From Candidatus Poribacteria bacterium (lineage in GTDB: Bacteria > Poribacteria > WGA-4E > UBA9662): DNA of 64,000 nt. The stretch lies in contig JAYGDX010000198.1 in assembly GCA_046582655.1 (NCBI GenBank), positions 1 through 64,000 of the forward strand. The letters are read 5' to 3'. Positions within the stretch are counted from its first letter, which is position 1. Each line of letters starts with the position of its first letter. The position numbers and the translations under genes were made by a program. This document shows, one piece after another, positions 42,215-50,740 of this stretch. Below the pieces are notes generated by a model. It was not told where the DNA came from, made no database searches, and saw nothing but the letters and a program-made list of their open reading frames with translations.

Positions 42215-43408
42215 ATGAGTTCTGTGGTTCCAAAAGTGGTGATTGTAAAAGCGATACGCACGGCAATTGGCAGTTTTGGCGGTTCATTGAAAGAACTGGA
42301 AGCCAGTCAACTGGGCGCGATTCTGATTGATCATATCATTAAGACCAGCGATCTGGAAAAAGATTTGATCAGCGAAGTCATCATGGGTCAGGTCTATACA
42401 GCTGGGTGCGGTTTGAATCCAGCTCGGATTGCCAGCATCAAGGCAGGATTACCGTATAGCGTACCGGCTACCACGGTGAATCAGGTCTGTGGTTCCGGCC
42501 TGAAGTCGATCATCATGGGTACCGAAAGCATCTTAGCTGACGAATCTAAGGTAGTGATTGCCGGCGGGATGGAGAGTATGAGTCAGACACCATTTTTAGT
42601 GTCAGGTCAACGATGGGGACACAAAATGGGACATCTACAAATGACGGATTCAATCATCAAAGATGGGTTATCGGATCCTTTCCATCATTGCCATATGGGG
42701 ATTACGGCCGAAAACTTAGCCCATCAATATAAACTGTCACGTCAGGAGCAGGACGAATTTGCTTGCTACAGCCAGCAAAAATATCAGCAGGCCTTGAGAG
42801 CTGGTCTGTTCACTAATGAGATTGTACCGATTGAGATACCTTGGAAGAAGAATGCGTCTGTCGTATTTGATCGGGATGAGCATCCACGGGCTGGTGTCTC
42901 GATTGATTCCTTAGCTAGGTTAAAACCCAGTTTTCAGGATGATGGTACCGTTACCGCCGGAAATTCGTCGGGAATCAATGACGGCGCCTCGGCAGTACTG
43001 ATGATGACGGAAGATAAGGCTAAGCAGTTGGGACTGGAAATCATGTCTGCTGTCAAAGCGTACGCGACTGTTGGTGTTGATCCGAAATACATGGGTATTG
43101 GTCCGGTTTATGCTATTCGCCAGTTGTTGACTAAAGTAGGTTCACAACTGGATAAGATGGATCTATTTGAGTTAAACGAAGCCTTCGCTGCCCAATCTTT
43201 AGCTGTCATCAAAGAATTGGGTTTGGATTGGAGTAAGGTCAACCTCAATGGCGGGGCCATCGCTTTGGGGCATCCGTTAGGTGCCAGCGGCGCCAGAATC
43301 ACTACCACCTTGCTGCATCTAATGAAAGACAGAAATCTCAGACTTGGTATTTCATCCCTGTGTATCGGTGGAGGTATGGGAATTGCTGTTTTATTTGAAA
43401 GATCTTAA
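42215..43408 (+). CDS. atoB: Acetyl-CoA C-acetyltransferase (thiolase II)
   Basis: NQVCGSGL, AGGMESMS, NEAFA, GHPLGASG, LCIGGGMG. Confidence 0.95.
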   Translation: MSSVVPKVVIVKAIRTAIGSFGGSLKELEASQLGAILIDHIIKTSDLEKDLISEVIMGQVYTAGCGLNPARIASIKAGLPYSVPATTVNQVCGSGLKSIIMGTESILADESKVVIAGGMESMSQTPFLVSGQRWGHKMGHLQMTDSIIKDGLSDPFHHCHMGITAENLAHQYKLSRQEQDEFACYSQQKYQQALRAGLFTNEIVPIEIPWKKNASVVFDRDEHPRAGVSIDSLARLKPSFQDDGTVTAGNSSGINDGASAVLMMTEDKAKQLGLEIMSAVKAYATVGVDPKYMGIGPVYAIRQLLTKVGSQLDKMDLFELNEAFAAQSLAVIKELGLDWSKVNLNGGAIALGHPLGASGARITTTLLHLMKDRNLRLGISSLCIGGGMGIAVLFERS

Positions 43409-43746
43409 TGATTTAGGCGGAGTATTTGTTTTCAAAAAGATGGTCGTTGAATGGCATGATATAGGCCTATGGTTAAGATAATAGTATAATCTCTTCCACA
43501 ATAAGGAACGTTCTATCTCGTATTGATTTGAACTTGACAAAATGTATCGGATGAGACCAAACCGGGTAGTGACAAAGAGATGGCAGGGAGAAGGAACTGT
43601 CCAGTTTCATTAAGCTAAGATAGGCAGATCTGCCTACCCAGTACACTATTGTCAAAACGATTGGTGGGAAAGATCTCAGCGGTCAGTGGATACTTGCAAT
43701 GAACATTCCATCTTTAGCCATCGATAACTAAGATCCGGTTTCCCAA

Positions 43747-45927
43747 ATGGTTAACCCCTATCGAATCGATATATTGAACACAGTTATGAGATTGAAACCT
43801 TTAAGTTTAGTTCTGCTATTGATCTGCTTACAGGCGACTGCCGACACGTCCATTTTTATTATTACCGGGGTGGTGATTGATCAGGATAATTCAGGGGCAA
43901 ATCAGATCAAGGTTTATGTTGTAAATAAGACCAAAACCGGTACGGCCACACCCAAGTGGACGCATACGGTAACAGATAGCAACGGCAGGTATCAAGTCCT
44001 GCTGATGAAGATGGAAAACCAGCTAAAAGTGGCTAGCAACGGTGATGAATTTCTAGTGGCAATTATCGATAAAAATAACGTGGTGGTAGCCCGTCAGAGT
44101 CACATTGTGACTGAGAAGGAAATAAATTCGAAACACGCAATGATTGACGTTAGAATTCCTACCCCACCAGTGGCCGTGCAGCAAACGGTTATCATGGATG
44201 AGGACACAACCAAATTGATTACCTTAATTGCCGAGAGTCGTGAGGAAGGGCAACTGACTTACCGAATAGTTCGTCCGCCCAAACATGGTAACCTTTCGCC
44301 GGTTAGTCAGGCTGATTTTGCTTATACACCCAATCAAGATTATCATGGCCCAGATTCTTTTGTTTTTAATGCCAGCGACGGTGTAGCGGATAGTAGGGCA
44401 GTGACAGTTACCCTGACGGTCAATGCTATTAACGATGCGCCAGTTGCCATAGGTCAATCAGTTACCACTACTGAAGATACTCCTGTAACCATTCATCTGG
44501 CAGTAACTGATTTGGAAGGGGGGGCTTTTGCCTATTCGATTGTCTCACCACCTGAGAACGGCCATTTGTCAGGACAGATGCCGAACCCAACATATATTTC
44601 GGATCCCAACTTTGATGGTACAGACACCTTTACTTTCAAAGTCAATGACGGAACCAATGATAGCCAGGTTGCCACTGTGACTATCACTGTTGATTCGATT
44701 AATGATAGCCCGGTTGCTGTTGATCAAATTGTTGCCATAAATGAGAACAGATCGCAAAAGATTACTTTATTCGCTTACGATAGTGATCATGATGAGCTAA
44801 CATACCAGATTGTCAAACAGCCAAGCCACGGCAGAGTGTTTGCTGTTGATGATGCTAATGTAACCTACATACCTAATTTGGACTTTGATGGTATAGACAC
44901 CTTTACTTTTAAAGTCAATGACGGAGCTAGTCACAGTCAGATCGCGACTGTAACTCTGGTGGTGGAGAAGCAGATTCCGTTGATTGCTTTTTGGGTGGAT
45001 ATGCGGCAAGATACACGGACGGTGAAAGTGGGTGGAGCAATCAGTTTTGACTTGTTGGTTCGAGGTGAAAAAGGTTTTCAAGAAACAGTTGATCTTTCGA
45101 TTGACTTGTCCACGCTGCCGGTTGATATCAAGGTGGTACCCGAAAGGCAAAGTGTAAGTCCCGGTAGCTCATCCCAGACGGTGATCCTGACCCTGATGAC
45201 GAAAAATTCAACACCGGTGGGGCAATACAAAATCAGTGTCGTCTTGGAAAGTGCCAGTGATTCCAAAACAGTTGAGTTGGTATTGTACGTGGAAGCGGAA
45301 GTCAAATTGGCAGGTGATGCTAACGGAGATCATCAGGTTGATATTCTCGATCTCGTACTGGTAGCGGGTAGTTTTGGTTTGGTGGGAGAGAGCCTGCCTC
45401 AGGATGTGAATCAGGACGGCTGGATAGATATCCTTGACCTGGTGATGGTCGCCATTGACTTTGGTCAAATTACTGCCGCGCCAAAACTGTTGTCTGGGGA
45501 ACTAAATTTCACTGCCCAACAGAGACGGAGTATCCAATCAGCTATAGTTGGATTGGAACACATGTCAGTCAGATCTAAAGCAGAAGAGGTCGCATTAAAT
45601 GTCCTGAGAGCTGTTCTACCCGAGAGATTGCCAACTGAAACGCAATTGCTGCCCAATTATCCCAATCCCTTCAATCCTGAAACGTGGATACCTTTTGAGT
45701 TAGCTGAGGATGCCGAGGTCTTGATAAAGATCTTCGATGCTTCAGGGCAAGCTTTCAGACAAATTGGTCTTGGATATCTTAATGCCGGTTCATACGCGTC
45801 AAGAAGGCGTGCCGCTTATTGGAATGGCCGTTCAGACTTGGGCCAGTGCGCATCGAGTGGTGTTTACTTCTGTTGGATTTCGGCTGGTCGTTTTTCCTCT
45901 ATTAGGAAAATGGTTATACTGAAATGA
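43747..45927 (+). CDS. Exported multidomain protein: three Ig-like (Big_9/cadherin-like) repeats, dockerin-like domain, FlgD-Ig/T9SS-like C-terminal domain
   Basis: Signal peptide (likely start 43786); repeats PVA..(T/D)ED..Y.P..DF.G.D.FTFKVNDG at about 44165-44965; GDANGDHQVDILDLV/DVNQDGWIDILDLV at about 45310-45465; LLPNYPNPFNPETWIPF..WNGR..SGVYF..KMVILK. Confidence 0.88.
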   Translation: MVNPYRIDILNTVMRLKPLSLVLLLICLQATADTSIFIITGVVIDQDNSGANQIKVYVVNKTKTGTATPKWTHTVTDSNGRYQVLLMKMENQLKVASNGDEFLVAIIDKNNVVVARQSHIVTEKEINSKHAMIDVRIPTPPVAVQQTVIMDEDTTKLITLIAESREEGQLTYRIVRPPKHGNLSPVSQADFAYTPNQDYHGPDSFVFNASDGVADSRAVTVTLTVNAINDAPVAIGQSVTTTEDTPVTIHLAVTDLEGGAFAYSIVSPPENGHLSGQMPNPTYISDPNFDGTDTFTFKVNDGTNDSQVATVTITVDSINDSPVAVDQIVAINENRSQKITLFAYDSDHDELTYQIVKQPSHGRVFAVDDANVTYIPNLDFDGIDTFTFKVNDGASHSQIATVTLVVEKQIPLIAFWVDMRQDTRTVKVGGAISFDLLVRGEKGFQETVDLSIDLSTLPVDIKVVPERQSVSPGSSSQTVILTLMTKNSTPVGQYKISVVLESASDSKTVELVLYVEAEVKLAGDANGDHQVDILDLVLVAGSFGLVGESLPQDVNQDGWIDILDLVMVAIDFGQITAAPKLLSGELNFTAQQRRSIQSAIVGLEHMSVRSKAEEVALNVLRAVLPERLPTETQLLPNYPNPFNPETWIPFELAEDAEVLIKIFDASGQAFRQIGLGYLNAGSYASRRRAAYWNGRSDLGQCASSGVYFCWISAGRFSSIRKMVILK

Positions 45928-46004
45928 TAATTGTTGATTTCTAACCGTCTGAAGGTTGGCTTTTCGGCAAAATCTATTAGCTTAAACAGTTTAAGGGGGA
46001 AATT

Positions 46005-47600
46005 GTGCCGAAACTTTTGTTTAGCCTCGTCGCACTTGTTGTTTTAGCAATTACGTTAACAGCATCCGCATTGACGACAGTTTTGATAGATCCAGTTACA
46101 GTAGCGTTGCCGGAGGTTGGTCAGCAACTGGAGATACAGGTTAAAATCTCTGGTGGTAGAAGTATAGCCGGCTACCAATTAACGTTAATTTATGACCAGA
46201 CTGTACTAACATATGTCAATATCAAGATTGGTGACTACCTGCCACCGGACGCATTTTTGGTTCCTCCAGTATCCTCTCCTGGTTCAGTAATGGTTGGTGC
46301 CGTAGCTATTAGTGGTGTAGCCAGGAAGACAGATGGCACCTTGGCTCTAGCAACTTTCAAAGTATTAGCTAAAAAAGATTCAACTATTCAACTATCGGAA
46401 GTCAGACTGTCCAACCGTGAGGCACAGGAGATTCCTGCTACCACCCAAAACGGAAGTGTGTTAAGGAATGGAGGTTTGTTGGCCGATCCCTTAGATTTGG
46501 AAGCTACAAAAGATCCTTTGAATACTGACAATTTAGGCAACGCGGATTTGGAGTCTTTGGACGAGCCATTGGATTTGACCAATGCCGCGATTGTCTCAGT
46601 TGAACCTGCCGAAATTGGTCTGCCGGAAGTTGGTCAACAGGTGCGGATTCGGATTAAGATCGCTGGCGGTAGGGAGGTGGCTGGATACCAATTGATGCTG
46701 GCGTATGACAAAACTGTTCTAGAATATATTGACATCAAGAATGGTGACTATCTACCAGAAGATTTTGCTAAGGTTTTTGAAGTAGAACCGGTAGTTTCTC
46801 CTGGATCGGTACTCTACGGTGTTGCTGCTATTGGCAATGTAGCTAAAGTTGCGGACGGGACGCTGGCTACGGCGACTTTCAAAGTTCTATCCAGAAAAGA
46901 TTCGGCCATCAGGCTATCAGACGTTCTTTTGTCCGATGGCAATGCACAACAAATTGCGGTTACTACTCAGGGTAGTCAAATTACTGGTAAAGTTGCGCCC
47001 AGAAAACCGGTGATTACCCGGCGAGCCGATGGGGGAAAATCGCTAAATATCAATGCTACCATCACAGCTGATGGCGAACCGGTGACCGCACTGACATCTA
47101 TCTACCAGGATCAAGCCGGAATCATCGCTGAAGCAGGAACTTTAATCGAGTATCAGGTTAAATTTTCTCGGTTGAGCGTTTTGAAGTCTGGTGGTGTTTA
47201 CGTTCATACTGCTGATGGTGCTGTTCTGGGGCCGACTGCTGTGGTACAAGGTATGCGTCATCAAGAAGCAACTACAAGCGGGTGGTCACATCAGCAAATT
47301 GGACTTGATCCGATCGCCCGCAAGAAAATTGTGGCTATCACGGTAGGTACCAAGGTGGAGTCAGCGCCAAAAGGTCTGTTCAGCATGCTGGTGGATAACA
47401 TCCAGCTAACTGACGGCGACACGATTATCAAACCGATATGGTTGTCTGTCGATTGGGCTACCGAGGCAGTAAACGGTAAGATCTACGGTAAACTGATGGG
47501 TGTAGATCGACTCAATCTGGGGATAGCCAATGATGAAGTGGCCGTTTATCCTCAAGGCAAGATGCTGACTAGCTGGGGATGGGCTAAATCCCATCGGTAA
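46005..47600 (+). CDS. Exported protein with two cohesin-like domains and C-terminal WGxxK motif
   Basis: Signal peptide; two homologous ~130-aa repeats (LPEVGQQ..IAGYQL.L.YD.TVL.Y..IK.GDYLP..DGTLA.ATFKVL..KDS.I.LS.V.LS); ends AVYPQGKMLTSWGWAKSHR. Confidence 0.82.
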   Translation: MPKLLFSLVALVVLAITLTASALTTVLIDPVTVALPEVGQQLEIQVKISGGRSIAGYQLTLIYDQTVLTYVNIKIGDYLPPDAFLVPPVSSPGSVMVGAVAISGVARKTDGTLALATFKVLAKKDSTIQLSEVRLSNREAQEIPATTQNGSVLRNGGLLADPLDLEATKDPLNTDNLGNADLESLDEPLDLTNAAIVSVEPAEIGLPEVGQQVRIRIKIAGGREVAGYQLMLAYDKTVLEYIDIKNGDYLPEDFAKVFEVEPVVSPGSVLYGVAAIGNVAKVADGTLATATFKVLSRKDSAIRLSDVLLSDGNAQQIAVTTQGSQITGKVAPRKPVITRRADGGKSLNINATITADGEPVTALTSIYQDQAGIIAEAGTLIEYQVKFSRLSVLKSGGVYVHTADGAVLGPTAVVQGMRHQEATTSGWSHQQIGLDPIARKKIVAITVGTKVESAPKGLFSMLVDNIQLTDGDTIIKPIWLSVDWATEAVNGKIYGKLMGVDRLNLGIANDEVAVYPQGKMLTSWGWAKSHR

Positions 47601-47611
47601 ACTCTGCCAGC

Positions 47612-47720
47612 TTGATTCATAGATGTCCATATAGAAGGCGTCAGCGTATACCGTATGAACTTGCTCTTCTATCAGGTTTTTTGTTCGGAAATTTTCTGCT
47701 GGGATTAGCACCATCTGTGT
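47612..47720 (-). pseudogene. N-terminal remnant of an FGE-sulfatase-domain gene
   Basis: MVLIPAENF..EQVHTVYADAFYMDIYE, homologous to MILLPASNF..IHTIKLDAFYIDVHE in the gene at 14368-15263. Confidence 0.65.
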
Positions 47721-47899
47721 TTCTGAAATTCGATCTGGTTCTAAAATCTCACCTAAATTGTCTTTCTCAAACGGCTCTTGTTTTTTTTGATACTAGTTTT
47801 TTTCAGAAGGGCCAAACGCTCTTATTTCTGTAATGGATCCACTATGCTCTGTTTTGTGGGATTCGCCGAGGTAATTAATCCTGATGATATCAGTTTGTC

Positions 47900-48230
47900 G
47901 AATAATACCAAATCTGTGTTTGCCACTGTTTAACACGCCCTCCTTGAGATGTTACTCTACATCCCCAAAAACGGGTACCATTCCATTGGGGATGTCATCA
48001 AGAGGTGGGCCAACAATCGGATCTTTTAGCTTGATGCCAATGGCTTCCGGATTTTCTTAATGCAGTGGTGCCCCGTGATTGTAGACGAAACGTCTGGTCA
48101 GTTGGCATGCTATGATGGATTGTTTCGGTGCCATCAAACGCATGGTGATGACTACAGGACCAAAGAACCGACCAGCGGGAATGGGTTTCTGGGTTTGACA
48201 TATTATGTTAGTATGGTAATGGGTTGTTTT
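47900..48230 (-). pseudogene. DUF1445 / D-glutamate cyclase-like hydro-lyase remnant
   Basis: Minus-strand fragments PAGRFFGPVVITMR, RFVYNHGAPLH, NPEAIGIKL, NGMVPVF-GCRVTSQ. Confidence 0.7.
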
Positions 48231-48388
48231 GGAATTTAGCAGTTTTTCATTTTATCGGAAGTTGACTTCTACATCAAAATGAAGTCTCTTGGTCCGCAGA
48301 TTGCATTGGCATTCCGATTTTCCAGAGTATACTTTATTATTATCGAGTTGTTGAAGATGTCTTGAGATTGACTGAGAGCTAACGTCAA

Positions 48389-49084
48389 ATGAAGAAACGA
48401 ATAGAGTGTCGAGTCAAAATCTGTGGGACAACTAGCACCGCAGGCGCTATGATCGCTGCTGAGCTGGGGGCTGACTTCTCTGGCATTGTAGTGGAGGTTC
48501 CATTTTCTGAGCGGTCTGTTTCAATCGAACAGGCGGCGGAGATAACTCGACAGACGCCAATCCCTACAGTTTTACTGTTTTTTAATCGGTCGACTGATTG
48601 GATTATTGGAGCTGTTAGCAGCATCAGTCCATTTGCGATTCAGTTACTCGGGCATGAGCCTACTGATCAGTTGAAGATGCTGAAGGATTCGTTACAATGC
48701 CAAGTATGGAATTCAATGTTTCTGCCAGTTAATAGTGGTCAAGAGATTGATTTGGAGGATATGATAGTCGATCTTGAAAACTATATCACTGCTGGTGCAG
48801 ATGCCATATTATTCGATTCAGTAGAGTCCAGTGGTGACAAAGTAAGATTCGGTGGCACCGGTAAGGTGAGTAACTGGGATATTGCTGGAAAACTAATTCA
48901 AGCGTGTACGGTTCCAACGTTCTTGTCGGGAGGAATTCGGCCAGGGAATGTAAAGGTGGCCATTGAAAAAGTTCGACCAGATGGGATAGATCTATGTTCG
49001 GGTGTGGAATCTAAAAAGGGAAAACGGGATCGGTACAAAGTGATAGAATTGATGCGAAATCTTCAATTGGTGTCCAGTAAATAA
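48389..49084 (+). CDS. trpF: Phosphoribosylanthranilate isomerase
   Basis: RVKICGT, IQLLGHE, FGGTGK, FLSGGIRPGNV, GIDLCSGVESKKG. Confidence 0.9.
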   Translation: MKKRIECRVKICGTTSTAGAMIAAELGADFSGIVVEVPFSERSVSIEQAAEITRQTPIPTVLLFFNRSTDWIIGAVSSISPFAIQLLGHEPTDQLKMLKDSLQCQVWNSMFLPVNSGQEIDLEDMIVDLENYITAGADAILFDSVESSGDKVRFGGTGKVSNWDIAGKLIQACTVPTFLSGGIRPGNVKVAIEKVRPDGIDLCSGVESKKGKRDRYKVIELMRNLQLVSSK

Positions 49085-50457
49085 ATGTGAATAGTGCGAT
49101 CACGGTATCGTGAGAACGCTGGGTGCGACTTAATATATGTAGCATTTTTTCGTATCCACTGTCGTAACCGCTGATCAGAATCGAAAATGTTAAAATCTTC
49201 AACATCCACTAAAAACCAGGTTCGTCTACTGTTTAATCTGATTTCTCGCTCAAATCCTTCCAAATCATTCATCATCTCCTTGATATAAGTGGATCTTGCT
49301 TTCGGCACATAGTATTCTCCCATCTGTGGAACCGACAAGACAATTCTATCGTTTTCCTGAAACTTGGATTCAATCGTTTCAAATGCTTCTTTCCATTTTG
49401 ACCGGCCTCCATTTTCCAACCGAAAATAGATATAATTCTGCGAAAGCATTACCGTAACAATCACTGCTGGCAGTATGCACCGAATTGGAAGTGAAATTTG
49501 ACGTAAAGACCATATTCGCTCACAGATCGAGGCCGCAAGTAGCAAATAGGCTGGCACTGTGAAAAAAAGATAATAACCGGCTACATTTAGCAGTTGGGAA
49601 AAACCTAAGAATAGGATCAATGGAACGCCGGCATAGCAAAGCAAGAATGCTTGGGGGCGCCTAATTGGTCTAATAACTGTTTCCGATAGCGCCGCAATTG
49701 TTACAGGGATGCTCAAGCCGTAGACCAATGTAGAGATGATATACAGTGGACTCCGTTTCCATTCGTTTAAGCCCCATCCAGAAAACAGGTAAGTTTGAAA
49801 TCTGGGGAGAGCCAGCAAAACTAGTGGTAACCCTAATGGTACAAAGAAAATTAGTAAAAGTAGGCAATAACGACGGTTGAAAGATGTTTTTCCGCTAAGC
49901 CAGAGACCAACGGAATATACGGCTAAAGACGGGATCAGCATGGCGGACAACGTATGAGAGGCTATTAGCAGAATTGATGATGCTAATGCAATAAACATCA
50001 ATCTCGATCGGTTCTGCTCGATAGCTAGATAGAAAAACCAGGTTGCCAGGAGAGCGAAAAAAAGCGTGAATACGTAAGCTCGAGCGTTCTGTGACCAGTA
50101 AACGTGCCAGTTTAAAGTTGCTAGAAAGAGTGCCGATAGAATTCCAACATGTTTATTGATCAAGGATTTACCCATTGAGTAAATTAATAAAATTGATGCT
50201 ATTCCCACTAAAGCTGGAATAACTCGCGTACCAAACTCACTTAAGCCAAAAAAGGAGATTGACAGGCGAACCGCGGCATACGGTATAGGGTTAATTTGGA
50301 ACTGTTTAAGTGAAAAATCCTGTGCGTTTAATACAGTAAGAACTTCGTCCACCCAGAAACTCCACCTTTCTAGGTAGGCAAACCTCAGTATTCCACCAAA
50401 GAGGGTGACTGCAGATAGGATTAAAATTTCTTTTTTGCGTTGATCTATCTTGTTCAC
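49063..50457 (-). CDS. GT-C fold membrane glycosyltransferase (GT39/ArnT-PMT-like)
   Basis: LRFAYL..SFWVDE, SEFGTR, YWSQNARAY; many TM helices; overlaps the trpF 3' end by 22 bp. Confidence 0.85.
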   Translation of the reverse strand: MNKIDQRKKEILILSAVTLFGGILRFAYLERWSFWVDEVLTVLNAQDFSLKQFQINPIPYAAVRLSISFFGLSEFGTRVIPALVGIASILLIYSMGKSLINKHVGILSALFLATLNWHVYWSQNARAYVFTLFFALLATWFFYLAIEQNRSRLMFIALASSILLIASHTLSAMLIPSLAVYSVGLWLSGKTSFNRRYCLLLLIFFVPLGLPLVLLALPRFQTYLFSGWGLNEWKRSPLYIISTLVYGLSIPVTIAALSETVIRPIRRPQAFLLCYAGVPLILFLGFSQLLNVAGYYLFFTVPAYLLLAASICERIWSLRQISLPIRCILPAVIVTVMLSQNYIYFRLENGGRSKWKEAFETIESKFQENDRIVLSVPQMGEYYVPKARSTYIKEMMNDLEGFEREIRLNSRRTWFLVDVEDFNIFDSDQRLRQWIRKNATYIKSHPAFSRYRDRTIHIYLLDTN

Positions 50458-50588
50458 CGGCGTTTTGCGAGTTTTTGTAGCAGGTATTTGATGAAAGATT
50501 AAGCGGTTCGATAGGAGTACTTAATAAATCATTATGATGTATTCTACTATATTTTTAAAGTGACCTTCTAGTTTCATAGTGTAATAAT

Positions 50589-50663
50589 CCACTCTATGAC
50601 CGGCGATGTCGTATCTTTCTGACCTTGGACAATAAAGATACGACATCGCCGGTCATAGAGTGG
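50589..50663. repeat. Perfect 30-bp inverted repeat with 15-nt spacer
   Basis: ccactctatgaccggcgatgtcgtatcttt (50589-50618) and aaagatacgacatcgccggtcatagagtgg (50634-50663). Confidence 0.95.
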
Positions 50664-50675
50664 CACGCCTGTTGC
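50661..50675 (+). promoter_or_regulatory. Sigma-54 (-24/-12) promoter of the urt-ure operon
   Basis: TGGCAC-gcctg-TTGC with exact consensus spacing, 65 bp upstream of urtA. Confidence 0.8.
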
Positions 50676-50740
50676 GAAAATATTTAGCTAGTCTAATATA
50701 CAAAATTTCACCTTTTCCAATTTTAATGGAGGAACACCAA

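Noticed and set aside
50660..50740. ORF-track GTG start for urtA at 50660
   Set aside because: It overlaps the sigma-54 promoter; ATG 50741 has a GGAGG RBS and gives a proper signal peptide.
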